A DNA stretch of 64,000 nucleotides, from assembly GCA_973895155.1 (NCBI GenBank), contig OZ316893.1:310001-374000 (forward strand), given 5' to 3'. A model generated the notes under the pieces. It was given only the letters and a program-made list of their open reading frames with translations, was not told the DNA's origin and did not search any database. This stretch comes from Marsupella aquatica (taxonomy: Eukaryota > Plantae > Marchantiophyta). A program made the translations under genes and the position numbers. Below, piece by piece: positions 27,451 through 41,137 of the stretch; positions within the stretch are counted from its first letter, which is position 1, and every line of letters starts with the position of its first letter.

Positions 27451-28352
27451 TGTGGTGCGTCCCATGGCTCCCTAAACCCCAGAAACCCCCCTTCACAAGC
27501 CGATTCCCGCGGGTTTTGCGCTTGGCGAGGCCGTTTCCGCGGCTTAGCGGTATGGGACGCTGCTAACCTTCTACTACTACTATTAACATTTTACACACAT
27601 ATACTGGACAGATCCTTCATCGGGTCATGAGATACGTAGCCGGCCTAATCTAGGCCTTCCCTTGTCTTCCCCTCCGTCTTGTTAGGTATGTTTGGATTCC
27701 ACCGCCGGAATGATCCCCAATAGGCTTGGTTAAGTCGCTAAGACCTCTCTCAGCTCGACACATCCAACTCTCACTCCCCTGCTTACTTTCCTTCCTCTAC
27801 TAGTTGATGTGGGCACTCTTCACACAAGTTAATGCAACACACAAATAGCAAAATGACTCCTTTTGACTGAGTCATACCATGCACTTGCCATACAAACAGT
27901 ACATCTCATACACAAGCCCTACGAACTAAGCCGTGAGGCCAACTCTATTAAGCTCTTAGGCATGAGGAAACATGAATATACACAAGGGTCACTGTATGAC
28001 TAACCGAGAGCTTCTCTTACTACTTGATCCCAGCCTGGCTGGTGCAAACTAAAAACTTGCTAAAGAAGAGGCCCTGAGCTCCCCGCTGCCCAGGTACTTA
28101 TCCTGGTAGTGGATCCGCCTAATTCTTTGCAGCGTAAGCCTAATCTACTTAACTGGATCTACCTATGTACAGCGAGGCAGAAGTACAAGTGTTGCTCTTA
28201 CCAGTGGAACCGCAATCCCACTAAGCTAAGTGTCAGGGCCGCCTCCTGGTCATGATCCTAATCCTAAACTAAGAGATCTGAGCCCGCCCTGCCCACTCAC
28301 GCCTCCTCCCTCCACGTCCGCCCTTCCTAAAAGGAATGGCGCCCTTGCACCG

Positions 28353-31300
28353 TCACGACACCGGTGGTGGATCCTCAATGGACGCCCCCAATGCTTCCAC
28401 CTCAGCCACTGCCGTAGGTTCGTTTTCTGACAGATTACCTGCCCTTGACTGAGTCAACTCTCCATCGGCCTGACTGGGTCCACCCCCGGTAACGGCATCG
28501 GCTTCAACATCAGCCTCGGCTACGGCCTCAGCTTTGGCCACGGCCTCCCCGGCCTGCTCAAGAGGTGGATCTGGGATACCGGCCTCATTACTGAGTAGTT
28601 CGGCTTGGGCCACGCCATCCCCACCTTTGGTGATAGCGGGATCTATTGTCGTGTTCATGCCGGAGGTTGGTACCGGTTTGAGTACGGCTTGAGGGGTCGA
28701 ATAACCTCCGGACCCCAAAGGTTTCCGCTTCTTCTTCTTCACTATCTCCATAGTCGGTTCCTTTCCCTTGCCACCAACGTCCGGCACCGGGCCGTGTGTC
28801 ACGGCTGGTCCTTCGGCAATTACCACCCCGGGTAACTGGTTTGCCCCAACGGGAGATGGACCTGATGCAACTAAGCATTTAAATACTGCGGCTTGTTTCT
28901 TCAGCCGCTCTGTTTGGTTGTCGGCCCGCCGCTGTAGGTTCTCCATCTTCCTTGTGATTTCCTCCAACTCCTCCTGGGTCTCATCCAGGTCCTTACGTGC
29001 CTCCTCCAGCTCGTTTTTGGCTTCCTCCAATTCCGTGTGGGCTTCCTCCAATTCCTTCTTGGTGGTAGCCCTCTCCTCCTGGGTTGCTCTTAGCTCCTTG
29101 TCGAGCTCCGCTACAACCTCAAACTCCATGCTATTCATCTTGGCATAAGTCTGGTCGAGCTGGGCGTCCTTCTCCCGCAGGTCGGCCTTGAAGCTGGCCG
29201 TCAGGGACGCAAGCTCCTGCTGTAGCGCAATAATCCCTTGATAGGATTTCCCTAACTCGGCCTCCTTCTGCTCAAGGGCTTTGCGGATGACCTCGAGCTC
29301 TTCCTTCAGCGCCCTCTCCCTTCTCTGAGTCTCTGCCGCGACCCGGTTGTTGACTGCTATATGGGCCTCCTCTGCGTCTCTCAGCTCCTTCTTCCATTTC
29401 TCCCTGTCCTTGATTGCGCCGGCCAATTCTCCCTGGGTCTGAGTCAGTTTATCCTTGATAATCTTATTATCAGCCTGCGCGGTGTCCAACTGCCCCTGCA
29501 TGATGTTCAGCTCATGCCGCTTAATCCGCAGTTCATCTTGGGCTTTCTTGGCCGCCCTTAGATCTTCAATCTCGGCTTCCATCCTCCTAAGCCGCCGGAT
29601 GACCTCGTCCTTCTTGCTTCTCTCTAAAGCCACCGCTTCTTCTAATTGGTGCTTCTCCAACTGCTCCCTATGGAAAAAGGGTCCTACCTCCAACTCCTCC
29701 CCAAAGATGCCGAGCGCAAGTTCCCCACATATCTCACCATACTCCATGGCTCTATTTTTAGCGTAGGTGGAGTAAGTAGAAGTGATCGGCATCGCCCATC
29801 GCGGCCTCTGCTCCCAAGCCGTCTTGCGGATCTCTTCAATCGTGGCTAGAGGTTTGCTTCCTTTTTTGGTTAGCCGCCTGATGTCCTCCGGCCAATCTCC
29901 TCCTGGCAAATCCTTTTCCCTAGCCAGGGCTGCCTTTTCTGCTTCCCTAAGTCGCTCCTGAAATTCCTGCGCCGTCTACTTTATGCCGTCAAAGCTCGGG
30001 GGAGCAACATCTGGTGGGGGAGACTCGGGGCTACTCTGCTGGTTGGGGTCCCCTCGAACTACCCTTGGAAGTGTGGGGATAAACCGGCCACAGGTCCTTA
30101 CTCCTGGAACGTGATGGTCCGACCCATAGCTGGAGTTATCATGGCTGCAGTCCTCCACTGCCTCCTCCACCTCTTGGACTTCCGGCTTCTCCCTCTCCTC
30201 TTCGCCGGTAGGAGCTTCAGGCAATTCCGCCTCAAATTCAGAGCTTGAGACTCCCACGTACATTCAAACACCCGGCTTGGATTCTGGCCTGATTCTCTCC
30301 TTATTTCTGGTAAAGGGGTTTTCCCTTCTAAGTCTGCTTAGGTTGACCTCTGGGGCAGTATCCTGTACTGGTGCCGCTGCCGAAGCTAGTGCCGTCTTTT
30401 CCTTCTCCAGCATTTTCAGCAGATTTTGTATGCTTGGTTGCTGCATGGGCAAGTCTTCCTTCCTTGGCCTAAACACCTACTCAATCGTAGGGCTAACAGG
30501 TGGTTGAGGCCTCTCTGCTACCGGCCTCGGTGCTGGAGCTTCCTCGGGTGCCCTTACCTGTAGGGGAAGTACTGGGGCGAAGGGTTTTCCCTTCTAAGTC
30601 TGCTTAGGTTGACCTCTAGGGCAGTGTCCTGTACTGGTGCCACTGCCAAAGCTAGTGCCGTCTTTTCCTTCTCGAGTAATTTCAGCAGATTCTGCATGCC
30701 TGGTTGCTGCATCGGCAAGTCCTCCATCCTTGGTCTAAACACCTGCTCGATTGTAGGACTATCGGGCGGGTTGGGTTTCTCCGTTGCCGGTGTCTGCTCC
30801 GGGTCCTCCTCCGGTGCTCTTGCCGATAGGGGAAGTACTGGGGCAAAGATTTGACTTCTGGCATACCGGCACAACAGCGGCATGTGATAGCCAAGCCGGG
30901 ACACGCTTCCCACGCCGATCACCTGCTGTTCCTCCTTCAAGATCTTCTTCAGTTGGTTGAGGAGGTACCCATTGTAATCCCGGCTTGGGTCTGGCCTTTC
31001 TGCCAGGTAGACCTGAGCCTTGCCGATCTCTGCCCTCGGCAAGTTACAATGCATGGTCACCCGCAAGAAGTCGATCATCTCTCCTATGTGCGGGTTGGTG
31101 CAGGTGTTCCGGAAGAAGCCATTCTTCATTGATGGCCTGGGGAACGACCGGAACTCCTTGTCAGGCAAGGTCTTCCTGGTATCAACTTTGGTCTTATTGC
31201 CTATCGGCAAGCCAAACACTTCGGCAATCACCTTGGGAGTAAGATAGAAATCCTTCCCATATATCCTCGTGGAATTGGTCTCGGGTTCCCATGACCCCAC

Positions 31301-32201
31301 GAATTCTAATAGGTCTGAATCCGGCACCTTCGGCTTCAGCCATGGTAATCTTACAAAGGCCTCTAAGCCGGATCCGGCCATGAAGCCTTGGTACTTCTTG
31401 GTCTGCATGGCCGTAAAGCATGCATCCTCCTCCCGTGCAAAATGTAGTTGCACCTCCTCTGGTAGGGTTGCCGCCCAACCTTTCCAGGTGTCATCCCTGG
31501 TTGGAATGGCATTGATGGGATCGTCCTCCTCCTCTTCGGCTTCTCCCTACCTCCTGCTCTGCTGCTCGGCTGGCTTCTTTGGTGCCGCCGACCTCGTTCT
31601 TTTTGTCGGGGTGGCTTCATCGTTGATGGCTCCCTTCCTCTTCATTTCGGCTCCCGTGGATGTCTCTCCTAGCACGGTTGCCTTTGTCCACCCCTCCGTG
31701 CTACCCCTCAACTCCCAGGGTATGTTGTTGCAGCGTTTGATGGCTTCTCGGATGCCGACGACTCTATCTTTGCAAAACAGAAGATCGTCGAGCTGATTGG
31801 AAGTAGGAGTCCACAAGAACTCGGCCTTGATGAGTTCGCCTCCTAAGAAAGCCATCTTCTACAGCTCCCACAATCGAGCGAGCTCCTGCCGTTCTCGAGC
31901 TGCCCTTTCTAATTCTTCGTCCTCTTAAGTCTTGATGTACTTGGTTGCCCGTTCGAACAGGCATCCCCAGAAATGTGTCGCTTGATTGACGTTGCTCATA
32001 CCCTCCTTAGGTCGATCGTCGGTATCTACTCTCTCCCCGAGTGCTTGCCTAAGCAGCTGACAGTAGTTGGCCTCCCGTAGTCGTCTGCCTAGTTTTGTGC
32101 TCGCAAATGAGCCACCATTCCCTGCAAGCGCTCCTTACCCCTCTCCTCTTCCGGTTCTTCCTCCCGTTGATCCTTCCTAGCCGCCGACGCTTAGCGCGCC
32201 C
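28353..32201 (-). pseudogene. Family-1 ORF, copy B, with several stops and an internal ~270-bp duplication
   Basis: ORF pieces 31547-31855, 30554-31453, 30264-30476, 29976-30263, 28353-29909 are colinear with the copy A/C protein. Confidence 0.85.
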
Positions 32202-34823
32202 TGTAAGTAGTGGGTATTTCCAAAATCATGAAGAAACTGAATTTTTTTTAATTTTTTATGGGGTTTAACCTCTAATTGTTGATAACAGAACGGAGATAGC
32301 ATTCTGTCTACAAGTTACGGTTCCCAAGTTTAAAGTAAGTTTACGAGTAAACTCCAGTTACTAGTTACGAGTTACGGGGTTGCGACAGTATACTAGTTAC
32401 GAGTATACTAGTTACGACTTACTAGTTAGGGCTTTACAAGTTGTGCCTTACGAGTTGGCGACCGATGATCGCGACGTCTTACGGCTACTTCCAATGGGAC
32501 TTAGCAACGGGATGGCGAACGCGAATTGAAGAAAAGGCAAATTAGACTTCGGGCGCTCACTCCTAACTTAATTCCTGCCACCTCTGTTGATTCTACCAGC
32601 TTCCCCACTCCTTAGTGCACTCAACATATCGAATGAGAGCTATGGCAAACCTCGGCATTGATGAACAGTACCGAGTTGACACTCTGGCAATTCCTAAGAG
32701 CATAGTCGCCCGAATTCCACCAGCGCCCGATAGCTATGCAAATTTACGGACTTCCTTACAGCAGCTAGGTTTGCAGCATCTACTTGCCGTTCCTTGGGAA
32801 GTAGAGCTCGACACATATTTGCAGGATTTTGTAAAGGGGTCAGTGCTTGCTCCTGAATTTTGACAGACTATTTGAGCTCAACCCAGCTTATGGACTGTGG
32901 AACAAATTGCTTATGCCTTCCGCTGCCCTTCAGAAGGAGAAGGATTGTATTCGAAGAAGAAAGATTTATCTACACCTTACTTCTCTGGGACTCGCAATCT
33001 CACCAATGGCTGGAATTTAACACAGTGTATTTATCCAGATTTGAGAGTGCTTCTGGAATTTCTAGTACCCATTCTACACCCGAAGAAGCCAACCATCTGT
33101 CCAGTGGCTTTGGTGAATACAATTGTAGCCGCACACAGTGGATCTGTCCAGGTGAATTGGGCCCTACTAATTTTCAATGTGATGAAGGATCAGGTGAGGA
33201 CCATGAAGGCAGGTAGACCCACTCGTCTGCAGATTTATTTGTCTCAACTCTATCATGCTTATGATTGTTTATATCCAGAGGAGAAAACGGAAAGAGGGCT
33301 GCTCCTGATTGAGTTAGGCATTGAAGAAGACCTAAGTATGGAAGAACCAATGGATGTTGTTCCCCTGGATTCTCATGATCAGAATGTGGATGCTGAGATG
33401 GAATTAGATAGGACACCTGCTCATAACTTAGAGCTGGTTCGACACCCTCTGCATAACGTGGTGTATTCACCAAGAGTTAATATGAGAGATCAACCTAGAG
33501 CTGGAGAAGACAGAGATTCTCCTGAGCAATCAGCCAATGTTGCTGAACTGGCTCTTGCAACTGTCAACCTAAGGACCAACCCCTCCACTCCTTCGAAGGC
33601 AGAGTCGAATCAGCAGCTTATTGATAAGTTGACATCTCTCCTCAGTTGCAGTAATGATGGACTATATGACGCTGTTAATAATTTGAGAATGGAGGCTGTT
33701 AGTTTGAGATCACCATTTCATGATCAGCTAAGTCCTGTCAGAATGACCTCTCCCCCAAGAGAACCAGCACCAATGGAATTTGTGATTTGTACTCCTGTCA
33801 CTGTACACCCCCCTCCCCTAGAAACAAGTGAGCCTATTCCAGTAACAGATAGTATCAGCTGTGTGGCCATTGTGGATGACTTGTTAGAACTACTACAGTG
33901 TGAACCTCGACAGATGGCATTTGTGGTCCGCAACTTGATCCAACAATGTCCAACTGCTAGTCCTACTCCTAGCCCAGGTTCGCAACCTTACAGCCCTGAT
34001 TCCAACTACGAACCCACAGAAGGACCCACCTACAATCGGTCACAATATGAGCACCCTTTTGACATAAACACTACTACATATTGGCCCCTTTTGCGAAGCT
34101 TTTTTTTGACGCCAGGATGGTCTTGCGATGTCATCGACTTCAGATATTTTGTGATCAAACACGCATCACAATAAACCATGCTCACAGGTTCGCAACATGG
34201 TGTTGCGAAGCTACATACCTCGCAATTTGTTTGAGATCGGATTGAATTCGCAACTCTTTCAGATACTATTCGTCTCGCAAAGTATTTGTGGATCCGCGAC
34301 CATCGCGACTGCATTTGGATCTCTTTTCTTTCATAATTTAGCGATAATAATGTACTCAAATATATATTGTGAACCTATTAGCTTCGCACAATATTGTGAA
34401 GCATAAATAGTCACAAGTTATCGAATCCAGTTGATTCGCAAAGTTGAGAACACATTGGCATCACAATTACCGATGGTGTGTTATTCACAAAGTGTTCAGA
34501 AGTTGCTTCTTGACAAGCTTGAAAATGTTTTGCAAAGAGAGTTGTTTGAAAATTTTGTAGAATGGAAATGTTTGAGAGAGTTTCTTTACAAGATGGAGAA
34601 TGCATGTGTTTAGGTTACAGCTAGGGTTTTCAAAAAGGTGGCATGCATGAGGATAGCTTTGGAAACGGCTAAGGTTGCATATATAACAGTGAGATGAAAT
34701 TTCAAAGTCCAATTAAGTGTTTGTAAAACAAAAGAAGAAAAGTAATATGTTAATATAAATAAAACCATGATAGTTAGTTTAGGGTCAAATTCTGGGCCCA
34801 CAACAAGTTTTACTACTAGTGCA

Positions 34824-37800
34824 TCAAACCTGGTCCTCATCCTCGCCTCCATTTGACACAATAATAACGTCAGGTTTTTCTGAGATAATGGAACGGGACC
34901 GTGGCACATACGGTATAACAACTGACCACTCTAGGTCTGGTGGGTACGGAATATAGAAACACTTCTCAAGGTGACTTGGGAATGTAAATGGTTCAGATGT
35001 TTGCCAATGAGATGGTTGAAAGCTAGTTGCTGATGTCTTCAGTCGAGTAAACCCACACTCATCAAGAAGTACCGTGCGATTATCACCAACCAGGTGAATT
35101 TTGAACCACTTACACTTGAAGACATACTCTTCAAATTTGGAATCGGCATCATAGGATATGATCAAGATCTCCTCAATCTTCCCATAGTGAGGCACCACAT
35201 CTCTGATCACATTAGTGTCATGACGGCTACTTTGTGAATCTTGCATGAACTGCCCTTGAACTCCACAATCAAAAGTTCTTCCCCTCTTCTCATCAAGGTC
35301 AGAAATCCTGAAATGCCTCCCTTGTGTCCACATTGTTGTTCTGGTTTGAACAAGTCTTAAAGGACCATGAACAATTGTTCGAACCTCAGGAGTCATATCT
35401 GGAAAATGTGATACATTCTCACCTTGGGCCACCATAGCATCCAACTGAAGTACTTTCTCCTTCATATACTCAAGGAACTTTGGAAAGATCCTTGGGCGAC
35501 GACTCTCCCTCTTTGCATCCTCATAAAACTCTCTCCAATCTTCCATCACATTGTTGTTACTCAACATGAAAGTACTAACCTGTGTCAACTCCACTGCGGT
35601 TAGTAAGCGTGTTTTTTTTGCACCTGTTAAACGGTCCTCCTCCACTTCCCTCTCTTCCATCCAAGTGCGTGGAAAACTAGGATCAATGGTAGCTAAGATG
35701 TTACTACAATAAAACATACTCTCATTTGCCAAGTATCCAGTTGCCATGCTCCCCTCCACTCGTGCACGGTTCCGTACATAAGCCTTTAACACGGCCATAT
35801 ACCTTTCCAGCCAATACATCCACCTACAATGCACCGGACCGGCAATGGCAACCTCCCTCACAAGATGAACGAGAAGATGCACCTGACAATCAAAGAAGGA
35901 AGGAGGGAGGGCCTTCTCCAACTTGCATACCACCTCTGCTGCCAATACCTCCATCCGTGGTATCTCTTCTTCATATATTTCCTTTGAGCATATCCATCTC
36001 AACAAAGTGCCCAGTGACCAAAGGGCGTCTTGCACTTCTTCACTCCCCAAACCTATGATTGCCATAGGAAGTATATGTTGTAGTAAACGATGATAGTCAT
36101 GTGTCTTGAGATACATTGGCCATTTATGACTGTCCTCCATCCCAAAAGCCTTACGTAGATTGGCACCATAGCCTGTAGGAAACCGCATCTGCCCTATGCG
36201 TTGTCGAAACTCTCTTCTTTCACCAACACTCAAAACCCATGGAGCTGAAGGACGATGTTCCATCCCTGTGGATTCATCAACTGTTATCCATACATCTAAA
36301 CCCTAAATCCCAACATGATTTAGGGTTTAGAACATTAATTTTAGGGTTTAGAACTATACATCCAAGAAGAATCAGGTTAACGATCCTTCCCAACATTTCC
36401 CTCTATATGCATGGGGTCTAACAAGTGATGAATCTTCAACTCAGGCCAATAGGGCAAAGTGGCCAGTATACCCCACCTTGTCAATCCACTACCATCAAAT
36501 CCCATGGCATCTTCAGGGTCTGCCACCCTATCAGCTATGGACTTCCAATACGAAAATGTTGTGCGGTCAGGTATCTCACGCTCATCACCATTGATCATGT
36601 CAAAGTCTGAAAACAAAAGGGGGTCAGACCTCATGTGATGCCCAAGTGGAAGAAACTTGGTATGACCAAGGTAGATTATCTTGTGCAGCCATTTTGAGTA
36701 CTTGGCCATATCGTGAAGGCTTGGACCACAAGTGGAGCATGCCTTGTACCCTTGAGTTTGGAACCCAGAAACAAACCCAAACCCTGCTCACAAAATAACA
36801 TTCTCAATTAGAGTCAAAGGAATTGAAAAGTTCATGTACATAGAATTAAAGAGGGACTTCCTTCCAAACAAACTTGATCTCCAATACATGAAAAAAATAC
36901 AAATCCATACCACTCACCTGGATAGTCATGCATGGTCCACATAATGATTCCCTTCAATTGGAAGACACGTGGTAACCCTCCTGTAGTTGTCCGACCATCA
37001 TATGCCCATACACCCCCCCATAATTTATGGAGTTCCCCAACCAAGAGCGCCAAGTAGGTGTCCATGTTTTTTACCTTAGATGGACCTGGGATAATCAATG
37101 ATAGCAATAAGAATCCCTTTTTCATGGACAACCATGGGGGAAGGTTGTAATTCATAACAACCACCGGCCAAACCGAAGTAGGGCGCCCTTTCCCTCCAAG
37201 GGAGTGTGGGCTTACCCCATCTGATGCCAACCCCAACCTCACATGACGAGGGTCACGTGAAAATTCTGGCCATTGTGACTCCACATGCTTGTGAGCAGGG
37301 GAATCAACTGGCAACCGCATGACACCGGCCTCTGATCGATGTGTCTTATGCCATACCATCAATTCTGCCAAGTCAGAACATCGGTACATGTGCAACAATC
37401 GAGGAATAATAGGAAACCAACGAACAGCTTTTCTAGGCACCTTTGAGGTCAACATGTTGGTTTCATATCGAGGCTCTTGACAAATTGGACACTCAGTTGC
37501 GCTGGCATTGGTCTCATGATAGAGAATGCAGTCATTCACACAAGCATGAATGATATGGTATTCCATGCCAATGGATGATAGAACCCTCTTTGCCTCCTTC
37601 CAAGTTCCTGGCAACACATTTTCACTAGGTAACAAGAGATCATGGCAAATTGCAAACAAATCCGATAGTAGCGCATTGCTTGCCTTGTGTTTTGCCTGAA
37701 GATTCATCAATGCCAAGATGGCAGATAGTCTATTCAAACGAGCACCCCCATAAATAGGTGTTCTAGCATGTGCCTCAGCTTCTTCCCATTGTTTTTGTCC

Positions 37801-39417
37801 TTCAGGTGTACGTTGAGGCCTTGGATCATGTGCAACATTTGGTGGAGGGTCTCCTTCATTGGGTGGGACACCTCCTTCACCACCAATGTCTACACCAAAC
37901 CAATATGTCATGAAGTCATCCATGGCTGACTCTTGGTCTTGCATGACCTCATAATCTGTCCGAGGTGCCCCTTCATCTGGACTGTCATTATCATTGTCAC
38001 TTGATGAGGAATCTGCTGATGATGTTTCCCCGTCTTGTGGCAAGCCCATTTCTTGATATGTAGCTCTCAACCTCCTTGGCAACATATCTTGACTAGGCCG
38101 CACATTCTATAGAAAATACAATAAAGTATTCACAATGAAATTAACGCCAAATATAGTAGTGCTCAAAACATATTATTAACAATATAAAAAGAACATGTCA
38201 TTACAAAACATACGTTCACATACGATGAACGTATAATACATGTCCCTAAAGTAATCCTAATCCCATTCATAATGTGTAAACAACTCCTCTCCAACCAGAA
38301 TGGTCCTATTAGCTACAACTAGACAATGGTCATGATGATATCTCTGCCCATAAGGGGCTGGAGGGGGACCATCAACAAAAACCCATTCACAGTTTTTCCT
38401 ACGCTTAGGCCGGGTCCCCACAGTACTGTTGATGAAACCGGCAATATTCCCACTACGGATGGGATCACCATCAATTATACGCTGGTCACAATACTTTCTG
38501 GTGCAACCATCAAAAGTATCCATGTCCAATGCATAAGTCTTCCACTCAGGGTATTGAACAAGGATCATGTTCCAATGTCTCCTCTTGTAAATGGGTCCAC
38601 CATACGGGAACAACGTTGGTCCATCTGAAGAGCGCCCTTTTCCACCCATATCATCCACAATAATGTCCTGACAAGAGAAAATCCCATACCCATGCCTCTC
38701 CCCTAGGGTCGAACTCTTGACAACCCAACGTCTTCCCCAAACTTCTATCTCCTCACCATAGGTTATATCACATGGCAAACCAAGGCACTCCGGATTCCAA
38801 TCCTTTATGATAGGAACACACTTCCCTGTGAAGGTACAAGGGCCCCATCTACCATCAACCCTACAAGTGTACTGATCCACTTCCCCTCTAGGCTGTCTTT
38901 TTGACTTTTTTTCCCTCTTGTAACAATACCGTCACCCTTAATTGTCCCAACACTACCTTGCCCTGCTGCCACTAAACGAAAAGCTTGTGAAAGTGCCGAG
39001 CCTATAGCATCTAGAACTCCTTGTGAGGGAACATAGGGTGTTGGTGTAGTGGGTGTAGGCCTACTGGATACCTATAGGAAGAAATGGAACCAAGTGAGTG
39101 TGATGAACCTCCCAAATTTTATTTTATGCTACCTAGCAAGATTTACAAAATAAAATGGAAATCACAGTAAGTTTACAACTCACCATACGGGATGAAGAAG
39201 CTCCCGGTGTAAGACCTCGATGTTGGCCATATCGAGCAATGTGCTCCGCACATACATATGACTTTTGGACAACCATCCCCACACATTTTTTACAACCACA
39301 AAGTTGGCGTGGTGGACCACTAGGTCGACGTACGGTTGGTTCAGGTTGAGGAGGAGGATGACTTTCTTCATCGGAAGAGGAATCTGATGTGGTGGAAGTT
39401 GTAGAGGATGAAGACAT
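34824..39417 (-). CDS. CACTA transposase (TnpD-like), multi-exon
   Basis: CGCKKC...CAEHIARYG zinc exon; IHACVNDCILY, RHVRLGLASDG, SVWPVVVMNYNLPPW, WTMHDYPG, HLLDPMHIEGNV, LKTHDYH, PPSFFD..HL.VHL, WMYWLERYM..LK.YVRNRARVEGSM; GT-AG junctions visible. Confidence 0.93.
38257..39071 (-). CDS. SET-domain exon inside the CACTA transposase gene
   Basis: HGYGIFSCQDI, PYGGPIY, YALDM, IIDGDPIRSGNIAGFINS, VVANRTILVGEELFTHY; acceptor TTCCTATAG at ~39072; apparent frameshift near 38930. Confidence 0.8.
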
Positions 39418-39844
39418 CTGACAAGTATAGCAATTGGAAGGCGATTAGTAAAAACTTCACCAAAACCATCATTGATAATCCCTACCTAAACATATTAAAA
39501 AGAATTGACAGAAAAATACCTTTATGAGACCCGGGCTTAGCAATGCCTTGACGGATCTTGTGGCTCAAATTTCATGAACCAAATCTGGAAGGAGGGGAAA
39601 ATCTGCCAATATACAATGAATTAAGCCATGCCTTATGGTGAACCAGAAAAAAAGGATGATAGATTGTAACCCTCCATATTTACAGCAATGACTAGAAATG
39701 CATGAGAAAATGTTATACCTTTCAGATGCCCGGGCTCTCGCAAGGCATTATCATGCATTAGCCAAAACTTTAAAAAACATGGGGAAGTGCCCTACAACGC
39801 CAAAGAGTTTTCCTCTCCATGTTAATGAGATAGACAAAGAAATA

Positions 39845-40640
39845 TAAGTAACCCAAACCCTACCCTAAACCCAAACCATGAAATGAAACCCTTCATTAAA
39901 ACCTAACCCAAATCCCTCAATCACCCTAAACCCTTACCCTTATCCTAACCAATACCCAAATCCCTCATTAAAAATTCAAACCTTTACCCTAAACCCAAAC
40001 CCCTACCCTAAACCCAAACCATGAAATGAAACCCTTCATTAAAACCTAACCCAAATCCCTCAAGCACCCTAAACCCTTACCCTTATCCTAACCAATACCC
40101 AAATCCCTCATTAAAATTTCAAACCTTTACCCTAAACCCAACCCAAATCCCCCAATTACATATAAAACTCTTACCCTATCTACACCTTACTTTACCTATA
40201 TAGGCCAACCCCCACCCCTATAGTTATTCTAAACTTCACCCTAACCCCTAAATTGAGGCCCTTTTTTAAAACTTAAGCAAAAATTGTACCCCCTCAATTA
40301 GAACCAAATCCAACCCTATATCATGTTACACCCCAACCCAAACACTTACATTAGAAACCCAACCCCTTTAAAAAAACCACAATTAAACCCCCCAACTAAA
40401 AACCAAACCCAATCCCTTTAAAAAACAACCACAATTCAACCCCTCAACTAAAACCAAACCCAACCCCTGTAATTACTCACAACCTAATGCAAACCTCTAC
40501 CTTGAACCCTAAGCCAAACCCATTAATTTAAACCCAACCCTTTTATTCCAACCTAACCCAAGTTTTAACCCCCTTAATTAAACCAAATACTCCACATTAA
40601 AACCAAATATAAACCTAACCTTTAATTAAACCCAAACCTT
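39845..40640. repeat. A/C-rich degenerate AAACCCT(A) region with a ~122-bp direct duplication
   Basis: ACCCTAAACCCAAACCATGAAATGAAACCC occurs at ~39862 and ~40005; many AAACCC motifs. Confidence 0.8.
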
Positions 40641-41137
40641 TGTTAACTTATATTCTAGTTATCCTTACAACCCAAACATCCATTGACACCCCTTCCATGT
40701 TAACTTATGGGCACTTAACATACCTTAAATGTCGTTTGACAAACCTTAATAGCCGTTTGACACCCCAAAGTGTTTTCCAACCCTAAACCGATAAGACCTG
40801 CCTCGCAAATTATTTCACAAGTTAGAGAATATTTTTGCGAACCTACGACCTTCGCACTTGCTTCGCAAAAACAGAGGCCGAGAACAATTTTTTGGGTCTT
40901 CTGCGGGTTGCGATGGCTTTGCAAAGGGAATAGATTCGGAAGTGCCTCGCAAGTTGCGAGACTATTTGCGAGGGCGCGGGCTTCGCAGTTTCCCATGCGT
41001 ATGTCATCGCAAACCCGTTTTTGAACGGCGTAAACATCGGCGGGAGCTCGCATTCGGGCTCATTTCAGTTTTTGAGCGAGACGAGAAGGGCCGGGGCGCG
41101 CGCAACAGTACGAGGGAGACTGTGAGAGAGGGGAGCT

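Noticed and set aside
39845-40640. Interstitial telomere
   Set aside because: Too degenerate, with no run of perfect TTTAGGG; it lies inside the CACTA spacer
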